This document shows positions 19,540-29,643 of a stretch of 64,000 nucleotides of DNA, piece by piece. A program made the translations under genes and the position numbers. The stretch is taken from assembly GCA_001898995.1 (NCBI GenBank), contig MKVZ01000004.1, forward strand, positions 109,115-173,114, read 5' to 3'. The stretch is from Rhizobiales bacterium 63-22. GTDB lineage: Bacteria; Pseudomonadota; Alphaproteobacteria; Rhizobiales; Rhizobiaceae. Numbering within the stretch: the first letter of the stretch is position 1; each line of letters starts with the position of its first letter. The notes under the pieces were generated by a model that saw only the letters and a list, made by a program, of their open reading frames with translations, was not told where the DNA came from and searched no databases.

Positions 19540-20832
19540 ATGGGTGTTGAAGTAACGCGTCTTCCCAACGGGTTGACGATCGCCACGGATAACATGCCGC
19601 ATGTGGAAAGCGTGGCGCTGGGAATCTGGGTCAAGGCGGGCGCGCGCAACGAGGCATCCGACCGGCACGGCATCGCCCATCTGCTCGAACACATGGCCTT
19701 CAAGGGCACGGAAAACCGCTCCGCATGGCAGATCGCTTCCGATATCGAGAATGTCGGCGGCGAGATCAACGCGGCCACCAGCGTCGAGACCACGTCCTAT
19801 TATGCCCGCGTGATGCGCGACGACATGCCGCTCGCCATCGACATCCTGACCGACATCCTCACCGCCTCAAAATTCGACGAGGCTGAGCTGGAGCGCGAGA
19901 AGCAGGTCATCATGCAGGAGATCGGCGCGGCGCACGACACGCCCGACGACATCGTCTTCGACCGCTTCACCGAAACCGCATACCGCCACCAGCCCATCGG
20001 CCGCGCCATTCTCGGCGAGCCGGACACGGTGATGTCCTTCACCTCAGCCGACCTCCGGCACTACATGGACGAGCAGTACAGCGCCGACCGCATGGTGGTG
20101 ACGGCGGCGGGCGGCGTCGACCACGAAGCCTTCGTGCGCGAGGTGGAGAAGCGGCTGGGCAGTTTCCGCCCGCACAACACCGCGCCGACGCTGGAGCTTG
20201 CCAATTATGTCGGCGGCGATTTCCGCGAGAACCGCGAGTTGCAGGACGCGCAGGTGCTGATCGGCTTCGAAGGCCGCGCCTATCATGTGCGCGACTTCTA
20301 CGCCTCGCAACTCCTGTCCATGGTGCTGGGCGGCGGCATGTCCTCGCGCCTGTTTCAGGAAGTGCGCGAGAAGCGCGGCCTGTGCTATTCCGTCTATGCC
20401 TTCCACTGGGGCTTTTCCGATACCGGCCTGTTCGGCATCCATGCCGCGACGGGGCGCGACGAACTGGTGGAACTGGTGCCGGTCATTCTGGAGGAACTGC
20501 ACAAGGCCGCCGATTCGATCGGCATCGAGGAAGTGGACCGCGCGCGCGCGCAATACCGCGCCAGCCTGCTCATGTCGCAGGAAAGTGCCGCCAGCCGCGC
20601 CGGCCAGATCGCACGGCAGTTCCTGCTCTACGGCCGCCCCGTCGAAAACAGCGAACTGATAGAGCGCCTGTCGCTGATCACGCCCGAACGCCTCACCGAC
20701 CTCGCCGGGCGCCTGTTCCTCGACGGCAAGCCGACCATTGCCGGCGTGGGGCCGGTCGGACGGCTGATGAGCTTCGACGATCTGCGCGAGAAGCTTTCGA
20801 CGAAGGCGTTTCCGCATCGCAGGGCGTCGTAG
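19540..20832 (+). CDS. M16-family (pitrilysin/MPP-like) zinc peptidase
   Basis: HLLEHMAFKGT (HxxEH), GGEINAAT, ELEREK.VI.QEI, GGGMSSRLFQEVREKRGL.Y. Confidence 0.95.
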   Translation: MGVEVTRLPNGLTIATDNMPHVESVALGIWVKAGARNEASDRHGIAHLLEHMAFKGTENRSAWQIASDIENVGGEINAATSVETTSYYARVMRDDMPLAIDILTDILTASKFDEAELEREKQVIMQEIGAAHDTPDDIVFDRFTETAYRHQPIGRAILGEPDTVMSFTSADLRHYMDEQYSADRMVVTAAGGVDHEAFVREVEKRLGSFRPHNTAPTLELANYVGGDFRENRELQDAQVLIGFEGRAYHVRDFYASQLLSMVLGGGMSSRLFQEVREKRGLCYSVYAFHWGFSDTGLFGIHAATGRDELVELVPVILEELHKAADSIGIEEVDRARAQYRASLLMSQESAASRAGQIARQFLLYGRPVENSELIERLSLITPERLTDLAGRLFLDGKPTIAGVGPVGRLMSFDDLREKLSTKAFPHRRAS

Positions 20833-20995
20833 GGGAGCAGAGGAATAGAGGAGTAAGGGAACAGGGACATATGTTTCAGGGGATGAACAGGATTGTCTTT
20901 GCAAAAGAACAGTTGATCCGCTGCGATAGACATATTGCCATGTTCGCCCGTTCCCTTATCCCCCTTCTGCATCCCTGTCCCCACGCTGCCCTCCC
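20830..20995. repeat. Period-8 purine-rich arm with downstream complementary pyrimidine arm
   Basis: TAGGGGAG-CAGAGGAA-TAGAGGAG-TAAGGGAA-CAGGGAC (20830-20868). Partner TTCCCTTA-TCCCCCTT-CTGC (20951-20970). Confidence 0.55.
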
Positions 20996-21643
20996 ATGAT
21001 CTCCCTCCCCTTCCGGCGCGGCAATCAGACGATCCTGCGCGGGCAGCGCGTTTTTCTCCGCGCGCCGGCGATGGGCGATTATGCGGGATGGGCCAGCCTG
21101 CGCGAGCAGAGCCGCGCCTTCCTCACCCCATGGGAGCCGATATGGGCCGACGACGACCTGACCAAGGCAGCCTACCGTCATCGCGTCCGGCGTTTCGAGG
21201 AAGAAATCGCGAATGGAACCAGCTATCCTTTCTTCATCTTCCGTGAGCGCGACAACCGCCTCGTCGGCGGTATCACGCTCGGCAACATAAGGCGCGGCGT
21301 CGGGCAGAGCGGCATGATCGGCTACTGGAGCGGCGCGCCCTTCGCCGGCAAGGGCTACATGACGGAGGCGCTTTCCCTGCTTATCCCCTTCGCATTCGAC
21401 CAGTTGCGGTTGCACCGGCTGGAGGCAGCCTGTATTCCCCATAACGCACGCTCGATCCGGCTTCTCGAAAAAGCCGGATTTCAAAAGGAAGGACTGCTGC
21501 GCTCCTATCTCAAGATCAACGGCTTCTGGCAGGACCACCTGCTGTTCGCCCTGATAGAAAGCGATGGACGGATGTTGGATGGCCGGATGGCCTCTCAAGG
21601 TGGAACGGGGGGCAGAAGCGGGGGCGGAACGGGATGCTCGTGA
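20996..21643 (+). CDS. RimJ/RimL-family GNAT N-acetyltransferase
   Basis: FLTPWEP.W, GITLGNIRRGV.QSG.IGYW, LHRLEAACIPHN.RS..LLEK.GF..EG..R.YLKING.WQDH. Confidence 0.9.
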   Translation: MISLPFRRGNQTILRGQRVFLRAPAMGDYAGWASLREQSRAFLTPWEPIWADDDLTKAAYRHRVRRFEEEIANGTSYPFFIFRERDNRLVGGITLGNIRRGVGQSGMIGYWSGAPFAGKGYMTEALSLLIPFAFDQLRLHRLEAACIPHNARSIRLLEKAGFQKEGLLRSYLKINGFWQDHLLFALIESDGRMLDGRMASQGGTGGRSGGGTGCS

Positions 21644-21675
21644 CGGATTGCGTACAAAAGTCTTTCAGGATTGCC

Positions 21676-24564
21676 ATGAGGAATTTCGTCAGAAGCGGCG
21701 GGCGTCTTCTCGCGCCGATCCTCTTCCTGATCCTTTTCACCTTCCATGCCGCGGCCCTTGAGCCGATCAAGATTTCAAAGAGCGACACCGCCCTCGATCT
21801 TTCGCGCACCGTGGAGATGCTGCGCGACAAGGGCGAAAGCGTGCAGGTCTCGACCGCGCCCGGCCCGGACGGCATCGTGCGCCGCATCGAGGTGCAGGCG
21901 GACAAGAACAGCAAGGCTTCCGGCGACTGGGCGGCCTTCGCCATCGCCAACCCGACCGACCAGCAGATCGACCGGCTGATCGTGGCGCCCCACTACCGTC
22001 TCGTGGGTTCCGGCGTCGTCTGGCCGGATCTCGGTTCGCCGCGCATCGCCTCGATCACGCCGAGCGAGGGCTTCGCCCTCGACCGCCAGCCCAGCCCCGA
22101 CGCGGACGTGTTCCGCATCACGCTCAACCCCAACAGCGTCGTCACCTTCGTGGCGGAACTGTCCTCGCACAACCTGCCGCAGCTTTATCTGTGGGCACCG
22201 GAAGCCTACAAGGACACGGTCAATTCCTACACGCTCTACCGCGGCATCCTGCTCGGCATTTCCGGGCTTCTGGCGCTGTTCCTGACCATCCTGTTCGTCG
22301 TCAAGGGCACTTCTCTGTTTCCGGCCACCGCAGCGCTCGCATGGGCGGTTCTGGCCTATATCTGCATCGATTTCGGCTTCTGGAACAAGCTGATGGAGAT
22401 CGCGCCCGGCAACGAGCAGATATGGCGGGCGGGCAGCGAGGTGGCGCTGGCGGCCTCGCTGGTTATCTTCCTTTTCACCTACCTCAACCTCAACCGCTGG
22501 CACGACCATTTCAGCTATGGCGCGGTGGTCTGGGTGCTGGGCCTGATCGCGCTTGCCGGCGTCGCCGTGTTCGACCCGCCGGTCGCGTCGGGCATCGCGC
22601 GCATCTCGCTGGCGCTCACCGTGATTTCGGGCGTCGTCATTATCGGCTATCTGGCGGCAAGGGGCTACGACCGGGCGGTAATGCTGATCCCGGCGTGGCT
22701 GCTGACGCTGATCTGGCTCGCCGGGGCGTGGATGGCGGTTTCCGGCCATCTCGACAACGACATCGTGCAGCCCGCGCTCGGCGGCGGGCTGGTGCTGATC
22801 GTGCTGCTGATCGGCTTCACCGTCATGCAGCACGCCTTCGCCGGCGGGGCGCTGCAACAGGGGCTTTTGTCCGACATGGAGCGGCAGGCGCTGGCGCTGA
22901 TCGGCTCCGGCGATATCGTCTGGGACTGGGACGTGCCGCGCGACCGCGTGGCGACGGCGCCGGACATGACGAGCTTTCTCGGCGCGAGCGCGGGCACGCT
23001 GCAAGGCCCGGTACGCAACTGGCTGCCGGTCATGCACCCCGACGAGCGCGACCGCTTCCGATCCACGCTGGACGGGGTGCTGGAGAACCGGCGCGGCCGC
23101 ATCGCCCAGATGTTCCGCCTGCGCGCCAATGACGGCCATTACCACTGGTACGCGCTGCGCGCGCGCCCCGTTATCGGCTCCGACGGCGAAGTGGTGCGCT
23201 GCGTCGGCACGCTCATCAACGTCACGGAGCAGAAGAAGGCGGAGGAACGGCTGCTGCACGACGCGGTGCACGACAACCTCACCGGCCTGCCCAACCGCGA
23301 GCTTTTCCTCGACCGGCTCACCAATGTCATGCACATGGCGCGCGGCGAGAACAACAGCCTGCACCCGACCGTGTTCGTCATCGACATCGACCGTTTCAAG
23401 CAGGTGAACGACAGCCTCGGCATGTCTGCGGGCGACACCATCCTGCTCACCATATCGCGCCGGATCGCCCGGCTGTTGCAGCCGCAGGACACGCTGTCGC
23501 GGCTCGGTTCCGACCAGTTCGGCCTGCTGCTCGCCTCGCAGAGCGATCCGGGCCGCATCGCCGCCTTCGCCGAGCAATTGCGGCAGGCCGTGCGCGCGCC
23601 CATCGGCTATGCCAAGCGCGAGATCGTGCTGACCGCCTCCATCGGCCTCATCACATGGACGCGCGCCGCCGCGTCGGCGGAGGATTTCATCAAGGACGCG
23701 GAACTGGCCATGTATCAGGCCAAGCGTTTCGGCGGCGACCGCATCGAGCCGTTCCGGCCCGCCTTCCGCGCCATCGGCAGCGACAAGCTGCAACTGGAAT
23801 CGGACCTGCGCCGCGCGCTGGAGCGCAACGAGATCAGCCTCGTCTACCAGCCCATCGTTCGGCTGGAGAACGGCAACATCGCCGGCTTCGAGGCGCTGAT
23901 GCGCTGGGAGCATCCGAGCCGCGGCGCCATTCCGCCGTCCGAATTCATCCCCATCGCCGAAAATTCCGGCCTGATCGTGCAACTGGGCATGTTCGCCATG
24001 CAGCGCGCGGCGGAAGACCTGTTCGCCTGGCAGGAGCAGTTCCGCAAGCTCGACCTGTTCGTCTCGGTCAACCTGTCCTCGACCCAGCTCATCCGGCAGG
24101 ACCTCATCAACGATGCGCGCTCCATCCTGTCGCGCATCCACCTCAAGCCCGGCAGCCTCAAGCTGGAACTGACCGAATCGGTGCTGATGGAAAACCCGGA
24201 GCGCTCGGCCCATGTGCTGAACCGGCTGAAATCCATGGGCGTCGGCCTGTCGCTCGACGATTTCGGCACCGGCTATTCCTCGCTCGCCTATCTCACCCGC
24301 TTCCCCTTCGACATCATCAAGATCGACCGCACCTTCGTGAAGGGCGACCAGCCGCAGAAGGCGACGCTGCTGCGCTCCATCGTCTCCATGGCGCACGATC
24401 TCGGCCTCGCCGTGGTGACGGAAGGAGTGGAAAGCGAGAACGACGCGCTGCAACTGCGCCAGATGGGCTGCGAATACGTGCAGAGCTTCATGTTCGGCCA
24501 GCCCGCCAACCGGCAGGACGCCACGCGCATGATCCGCGAACAGATGGAAGCGGGCGCGGGTTAA
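21676..24564 (+). CDS. Membrane-bound c-di-GMP phosphodiesterase (7TM-DISM, PAS, degenerate GGDEF, EAL), BpdA-like
   Basis: 7 TM segments, PAS (WDWD...HPDER.RF), HDNLTGLPNR, GSDQF in place of GGDEF, EALMRW, DDFGTGYSS, EGVE. Confidence 0.92.
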   Translation: MRNFVRSGGRLLAPILFLILFTFHAAALEPIKISKSDTALDLSRTVEMLRDKGESVQVSTAPGPDGIVRRIEVQADKNSKASGDWAAFAIANPTDQQIDRLIVAPHYRLVGSGVVWPDLGSPRIASITPSEGFALDRQPSPDADVFRITLNPNSVVTFVAELSSHNLPQLYLWAPEAYKDTVNSYTLYRGILLGISGLLALFLTILFVVKGTSLFPATAALAWAVLAYICIDFGFWNKLMEIAPGNEQIWRAGSEVALAASLVIFLFTYLNLNRWHDHFSYGAVVWVLGLIALAGVAVFDPPVASGIARISLALTVISGVVIIGYLAARGYDRAVMLIPAWLLTLIWLAGAWMAVSGHLDNDIVQPALGGGLVLIVLLIGFTVMQHAFAGGALQQGLLSDMERQALALIGSGDIVWDWDVPRDRVATAPDMTSFLGASAGTLQGPVRNWLPVMHPDERDRFRSTLDGVLENRRGRIAQMFRLRANDGHYHWYALRARPVIGSDGEVVRCVGTLINVTEQKKAEERLLHDAVHDNLTGLPNRELFLDRLTNVMHMARGENNSLHPTVFVIDIDRFKQVNDSLGMSAGDTILLTISRRIARLLQPQDTLSRLGSDQFGLLLASQSDPGRIAAFAEQLRQAVRAPIGYAKREIVLTASIGLITWTRAAASAEDFIKDAELAMYQAKRFGGDRIEPFRPAFRAIGSDKLQLESDLRRALERNEISLVYQPIVRLENGNIAGFEALMRWEHPSRGAIPPSEFIPIAENSGLIVQLGMFAMQRAAEDLFAWQEQFRKLDLFVSVNLSSTQLIRQDLINDARSILSRIHLKPGSLKLELTESVLMENPERSAHVLNRLKSMGVGLSLDDFGTGYSSLAYLTRFPFDIIKIDRTFVKGDQPQKATLLRSIVSMAHDLGLAVVTEGVESENDALQLRQMGCEYVQSFMFGQPANRQDATRMIREQMEAGAG

Positions 24565-24579
24565 ACAGCGCGCCGTTCT

Positions 24580-25182
24580 TCAGGCGTGGCCCGCATCGGA
24601 GACGAGCCGGGAAATGTCGATGCCCATATGCCGCATGAGGCGGTCATATTTGCCTTCGATGTCGCTGTCGAACAGCATGTCGAGCGGCGCGTCGCAGCAA
24701 AGCCAGCCGTTCGCCGCCAGTTCCGATTCAAGCTGCCCCGCCGCCCAGCCGGAATAGCCGAGCGCCATCAGCGCCCGCGCGGGCCCCTTGCCGCCATAGA
24801 TGGCGCGCAGGATATCCACCGTCGCGGTCAGGCACACGTCCTCCGCCACCGGCATGGTGGATTCGACCACGTAATCGTCCGAATGCAGCACGAAACCGCG
24901 CGTGCGGTCCACCGGGCCGCCGTTGCGCACCGTGATATTCTGCGCGCTCTCCGGCAGGACGATGCGATCCTCCTCGTCCACGACACCGATCTGCCGCAAC
25001 AGTTCGGGGAATGCCACCGGCTGCAACTGGTTGATGATGAAGCCCATCGCGCCCTCGTCGGAATGGGCGCAGACATAGACCACCGCGCGGGCAAAACGCT
25101 CGTCGCTCATGCCGGGCATTGCAAGCAGGAACTGCCCGTTCAGGAAACCCTGCTTCTGCTCGTTCTTCTCAGAAATGGTCAT
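24580..25182 (-). CDS. YqgE/AlgH family protein (DUF179)
   Basis: [32 protein letters not shown]...RGFVLH, LGYSGW..GQLE.EL..NGW. Confidence 0.93.
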   Translation of the reverse strand: MTISEKNEQKQGFLNGQFLLAMPGMSDERFARAVVYVCAHSDEGAMGFIINQLQPVAFPELLRQIGVVDEEDRIVLPESAQNITVRNGGPVDRTRGFVLHSDDYVVESTMPVAEDVCLTATVDILRAIYGGKGPARALMALGYSGWAAGQLESELAANGWLCCDAPLDMLFDSDIEGKYDRLMRHMGIDISRLVSDAGHA

Positions 25183-25341
25183 GCCTGAGAAGGTAGCAAG
25201 ACTGCGCGAAATGGCAATGGTGTATCGGGTGTATGTCGGGCGCGCATGCCGGGGTGTTCCGTCCGGTTCCCGCTTTCGCGCGACATGCTTTAGTGGAAAG
25301 CAGACTTGAAGCGGCCACCTTTTCGCGCCATGTTCCGCCGC

Positions 25342-26127
25342 ATGACCATCCGTTCGCTTTTTCCCGCGCTTTTCCTCTTTGCCATTTCCGTCCCGCCGGC
25401 ATTTGCCGCCGCCTCGCCATGGACGGAGACGCCCGGCGGGCGCATCCGCCTCATCGTGGAAGACGCAGCCACAAACGATCCGGGTGGCGGAAAAGGCCTG
25501 CGCGGCGCGCTGCAAATCGAGCTGAAGCCCGGCTGGAAGACCTATTGGCGCAATCCCGGCGACAGCGGCGTGCCGCCGCAGATCGACCTCGACGGCGGCG
25601 GCAAGGCGCAGATCGCCTTTCCCGTGCCGATGCGCTTCACCGGCGAGGATGCGGGCGGCATCGGCTACAAGGCCCCGGTCTCGCTGCCGGTGACGCTCAC
25701 CCCCGCGCCTGGCGCTGCGCGGCTCACGGGCCATGTTTTCTTAGGCGTATGCGAGAAGATATGCGTGCCGGTGCAGGCCGGGTTCGACCTGCCGCTCGGG
25801 CAGGCCGGGCCGCAGGCGGAAGCGCTGGCCGCGCGCACCATCGTCGAGACGGCCTTCGACCGCCTTCCCGCTCCCGCCTCGCCCGCGTTCGGCGTCAGCA
25901 AGGCGGCGCTCGACGGCGGCACGGCGACGTTCGACCTCGCTTTGCCCGACGCCACCGCTCCAGCGGCGTTTTTCGCGGCGAGCGACGGTTTGAGCCTGTC
26001 CGATCCCGTGGCCACGGGCCACGGACGTTTCACCGTGAAACTGCAAGGCGCGGCGAAGGGCACGGTGGTGGATTACACCATCGTGCAGGACGGCAAGGCG
26101 GTTTCGGGACAGGTGACGCTCGATTGA
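25342..26127 (+). CDS. DsbD N-terminal-domain protein (secreted thiol-disulfide protein)
   Basis: Signal peptide, [27 protein letters not shown]. Confidence 0.85.
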   Translation: MTIRSLFPALFLFAISVPPAFAAASPWTETPGGRIRLIVEDAATNDPGGGKGLRGALQIELKPGWKTYWRNPGDSGVPPQIDLDGGGKAQIAFPVPMRFTGEDAGGIGYKAPVSLPVTLTPAPGAARLTGHVFLGVCEKICVPVQAGFDLPLGQAGPQAEALAARTIVETAFDRLPAPASPAFGVSKAALDGGTATFDLALPDATAPAAFFAASDGLSLSDPVATGHGRFTVKLQGAAKGTVVDYTIVQDGKAVSGQVTLD

Positions 26128-26252
26128 CCGGGAATGGCGATTTGCAACGTTCTTCAGCGTTTTGAAATTGTCGGGCGCGGCTTTATGGGCTTAAGTGTGG
26201 CCGGATTCTTACAACAGGCGGGCAACCATCCGCCCCATTCAGGAGAGACCAG

Positions 26253-26738
26253 ATGACGATCAAGGTTGGCGACAGACTGCCCGCGGCGACTTTCAAGGTG
26301 AAGACCGCCGATGGCGTGAACGACATGACCACCGACGAAATCTTCAAGGGCAAGAAGGTGGTGCTTTTCGCGGTGCCGGGCGCCTTCACTCCCACCTGCA
26401 CGGTGAACCACCTGCCGGGCTATCTCGAACACCACGACGAAATCCTCGCCAAGGGCGTGGACCGGATTGCGGTCGTCGCCGTCAACGACCCGTTCGTGAT
26501 GGGCGCATGGGCGCAAAGCACCGGCGGCGAAGGCAAGATCCTGTTCCTCGCCGACGGCAGCGCCGGTTTCACCAAGGCCGCCGGCCTCGATCTCGATCTT
26601 TCCGGCGGCGGTCTCGGCGTCCGCTCCAAGCGCTATTCGGCCATCGTCGAGGACGGTGTGGTCAAGGCGCTCAATATCGAGGAACAGCCGGGCAAGGCCG
26701 AAACCTCCAGCGCCGAGGCGCTCCTCAAGCAGCTTTGA
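26253..26738 (+). CDS. Prx5-like peroxiredoxin
   Basis: VPGAFTPTC...HLPG, VNDPFVM.AW, RSKRYSAIVEDG.V. Confidence 0.95.
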   Translation: MTIKVGDRLPAATFKVKTADGVNDMTTDEIFKGKKVVLFAVPGAFTPTCTVNHLPGYLEHHDEILAKGVDRIAVVAVNDPFVMGAWAQSTGGEGKILFLADGSAGFTKAAGLDLDLSGGGLGVRSKRYSAIVEDGVVKALNIEEQPGKAETSSAEALLKQL

Positions 26739-26781
26739 GCCGATAAGCCGGTCTGGGCTTTTTTGCCCGAAAGTCTCCACG

Positions 26782-26818
26782 AAGCATTCCGCGGTTCACT
26801 CGTCGCGGAATGCTTTTT
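26782..26818 (+). terminator. Intrinsic terminator after peroxiredoxin
   Basis: AAGCATTCCGCG / CGCGGAATGCTT stem followed by a T run. Confidence 0.75.
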
Positions 26819-26972
26819 CATTCTGTTTTCAAAATCCATTTGCAAAACTGCCGCTTTGATTGGGCAAGCAGAATAGAATTCCGACAAGATTCACGCGGCG
26901 GGAGTTTCGCGACAAAGAACCGAATTGAAGGTATTCTGAGTTCAGCTAAGTCAGGAAAGCAGGGCGTGGCAT

Positions 26973-27416
26973 ATGGTCTTGATAAAAACATATGAAGACG
27001 AGCACTTTTCCGGGGTCGAGGGCCTTTGGAGGGAAGCATTTCCAAATGACAGGCCTTGGAATGCAGCCGATATAGCGATTCCCGAAAAGATAAGATTCCA
27101 GCCGGACCTGATGCTTGTGGCGCTCGATGGTCCACTGGTGGTTGGTTCCGTCATGGCCGGATATGAGGGGCATAGGGGCTGGATTTCGCGGATCGCCGTG
27201 TCGAACTCTCATAGAGGTCAAGGAATAGGACAGAAGCTTGTTGCGGAGGCTGAAAACCGTTTGGCAGCGCTTGGGTGTATCAAGGTAAATTTACAGGTGG
27301 TCGAATCCAATTCCAGCGTGATCGAGTTCTATGAACGATCAGGTTATCGGGTCGAACCACGCATTAGTATGACCAAGCATTTGCAGCATCGGCCAATGTC
27401 CCGCACAAATATATAA
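26973..27416 (+). CDS. GNAT acetyltransferase (YpeA-like)
   Basis: VGSVMAGYEGHRGW, AV...HRGQGIG, LGC.KVNLQV, FYE..GY. Visibly lower GC than flanks. Confidence 0.88.
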   Translation: MVLIKTYEDEHFSGVEGLWREAFPNDRPWNAADIAIPEKIRFQPDLMLVALDGPLVVGSVMAGYEGHRGWISRIAVSNSHRGQGIGQKLVAEAENRLAALGCIKVNLQVVESNSSVIEFYERSGYRVEPRISMTKHLQHRPMSRTNI

Positions 27417-27632
27417 ACGTCGGTCCGGGACGACTGGAGATGACCGATCTGCATGTCACGGACACGTTTATTCAAGAGGATCTGGAATAGACAAATCGAT
27501 CGCCTTGACGCAGGTGGCGGAAATTTTGCGACAAAATATCTGCTTTGCAGAACGGGCAGACATTTGAAAGCAAGAAACGGGATGCGCCGCCCGTCGAAGC
27601 CGACGATGATCGCCTGACTTCAGGAGGTCCTC

Positions 27633-28103
27633 ATGGCGAAAATCAGGTTTCTTCCACTTCCGGGCGATAAGGTCGGCGCATTGCGGAACGGCGGGCGCGA
27701 CGCATATGATTGCGTGCCCGAACATGCGATATCCGACGGTTCCGGCAATCCATGTCGGCACTGCCTCAACTTTATTTCCAAAGGCGCCGGGATGCTGATC
27801 GTGGCTTACCGGCCATTCGATCATTTGCAGCCTTATGCCGAGACGGGTCCCATCTTCCTGTGCGCCGACGCGTGCGAGCGATGGTCGGGAGAGGGAATTC
27901 CTCCGATATTGGCCAGCCCGGACTATTTGCTCAAGGGTTACACGGCGGATCAGCGCATTCGTTACGGCACAGGAAAAATCGTGGCAAAGGGCGAAATCAC
28001 AGCCTATGCAGCCGAACTTCTGGATCGCGACGACATCAGTTTCCTTGATGTGCGATCAGCGCGAAACAACTGCTTTCAAGTTCGTATCATGCGTTCCGAT
28101 TGA
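27633..28103 (+). CDS. DUF1203 domain protein
   Basis: G.PCRHCL, YRPF..LQPYAETGPIFLC...C, YLLKGY...RI.YGTG, DVRSARNNCF. GGAGG RBS. Confidence 0.85.
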   Translation: MAKIRFLPLPGDKVGALRNGGRDAYDCVPEHAISDGSGNPCRHCLNFISKGAGMLIVAYRPFDHLQPYAETGPIFLCADACERWSGEGIPPILASPDYLLKGYTADQRIRYGTGKIVAKGEITAYAAELLDRDDISFLDVRSARNNCFQVRIMRSD

Positions 28104-28141
28104 GACGCGACCGGCCTGCTGCGCGGTGGAGCGTTGCCCTC

Positions 28142-28606
28142 TTACGTCACCTTCAGCGTCTTGGGGCCGGTCTTCTTGAACGGCGCCATGCCGGCGCGGG
28201 CGAGTTCGTCGGCGCGCTCGTTCTCCGGGTGGCCGGCATGGCCCTTCACCCAGTGCCACTCGACCCGGTGGCGCTTACGCGCCTCGTCCAGCGCCTGCCA
28301 GAGTTCGGCATTCTTCACCGGCTTCTTCGCCGCCGTCTTCCAGCCGTTACGCTTCCAGCCTTCGATCCAGCCCGAAATCCCGTCGCGCACATAGACCGAA
28401 TCCGTATAGAGATCGACCATGCACGGCTCCTTCAGCGCCGAAAGTGCTGCGATCGCCGCCATCAGTTCCATGCGGTTGTTGGTGGTATCGGCCTCGCCGC
28501 CGTTCAGTTCCTTCTCGTTGCCGTTCCAGCGCAGCACCACGCCCCAGCCGCCGGGGCCAGGATTGCCGGAACAGGCCCCGTCCGTATAGGCCTCGATGCG
28601 CTTCAC
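28142..28606 (-). CDS. rnhA: Ribonuclease HI
   Basis: [56 protein letters not shown] start after AGGAA. Confidence 0.96.
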   Translation of the reverse strand: MKRIEAYTDGACSGNPGPGGWGVVLRWNGNEKELNGGEADTTNNRMELMAAIAALSALKEPCMVDLYTDSVYVRDGISGWIEGWKRNGWKTAAKKPVKNAELWQALDEARKRHRVEWHWVKGHAGHPENERADELARAGMAPFKKTGPKTLKVT

Positions 28607-28625
28607 GCCGTCGTTTCCTGCAAAA

Positions 28626-28686
28626 TTGTTTGTTTGAGCATGATCTTTTCCGAAAACCGGTTTCCACTTTTCGGGATCATGCTTCA
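28626..28686. repeat. Half copy (single hairpin) of the palindromic repeat, copy 6
   Basis: AGCATGATC...CCGAAAACCGGTTTCCACTTTTCGG...GATCATGCT. Contains the thrB stop codon. Confidence 0.85.
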
Positions 28687-29642
28687 AGGCCGTATTCGGC
28701 GGGCGAGACGATCTGGCGGTGAAAGCGCATCCGGCGCACATATTCCATCGGGTCTTTCTTGACCACAAAACTGCCCGCCGGCACGTTGAGCCAGTCGTAA
28801 AGCCGCGTCAGCATGAAGCGCAGCGCGGCTCCCCGCGCCAGAACCGGCAGGGCGTCGGCCTCGGCTTCGGACAGCGGGCGCACGGCCGTATAGCCGCGCA
28901 GCAGCGCCGCGCCCTTGGTGCGGTTGAAGGAAAAATCCTTCTCGAAACACCATGCGTTCAGGCAGACGGCCACGTCATAGGCCAATATATCGGTGCAGGC
29001 GAAATAGAAGTCGATGAAGCCCGACAGCCGGTCGCCGAGAAAGAACACGTTGTCGGGGAAGAGATCGGCATGGATGACGCCCGTGGGCAGATTCGCCGGC
29101 CAGTTCTTTTCCAGAAAACCGAGATCGGCTTCGGCCTCGGCCACCAGTCCCGGCTCGACCTCGTCGGCGCGCGCGCGCGACAGTTCCCACAGCGGCCGCC
29201 AGTCCGGCAGCGTCAGGCCGTTGCGGCGGCGGAGCGGGAAATCCGCGCCCGCCAGATGCATATGCGCCAGCCCCTCGCCCACCGCCTCGCAATGGGCGAC
29301 GGTGGGACGGCGCATCCACATCCCTTCGAGGAAGCTGACGATCGCCGCCGGGCGACCCGCCAGTTCGCCGGTCATGGCGCCGTCGCGGCGCACCACCGGC
29401 TGCGGGCAATCCAGCCCGCGCCTTGCCAGATGCTGCATCAGCCCCAGGAAGAACGGCAGGTCGTCGCGGTTCACCCGCTTCTCGTAGAGCGTGAGGATGA
29501 AGGAGCCCTGCGTCGTGCGCAGCAGGTAGTTGGAATTTTCCACCCCTTCGGCGATACCCTTGTAGGAGGTGAGCGTGCCGATGTCGTATTGCGCGAGGAA
29601 GGCGGCCAGTTCGGTCACGCCGATGTCGGTATAGACGGCCAT
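28677..29642 (-). CDS. thrB: Homoserine kinase type II
   Basis: [50 protein letters not shown]. Confidence 0.95.
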   Translation of the reverse strand: MAVYTDIGVTELAAFLAQYDIGTLTSYKGIAEGVENSNYLLRTTQGSFILTLYEKRVNRDDLPFFLGLMQHLARRGLDCPQPVVRRDGAMTGELAGRPAAIVSFLEGMWMRRPTVAHCEAVGEGLAHMHLAGADFPLRRRNGLTLPDWRPLWELSRARADEVEPGLVAEAEADLGFLEKNWPANLPTGVIHADLFPDNVFFLGDRLSGFIDFYFACTDILAYDVAVCLNAWCFEKDFSFNRTKGAALLRGYTAVRPLSEAEADALPVLARGAALRFMLTRLYDWLNVPAGSFVVKKDPMEYVRRMRFHRQIVSPAEYGLEA

Positions 29643-29643
29643 G

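Noticed and set aside
28607-28768. 208-aa rnhA with an N-terminal extension, as in the ORF track
   Set aside because: The extension is translated repeat and thrB overlap. A GTG with an RBS at 28606 gives a normal 154-aa RNase HI.
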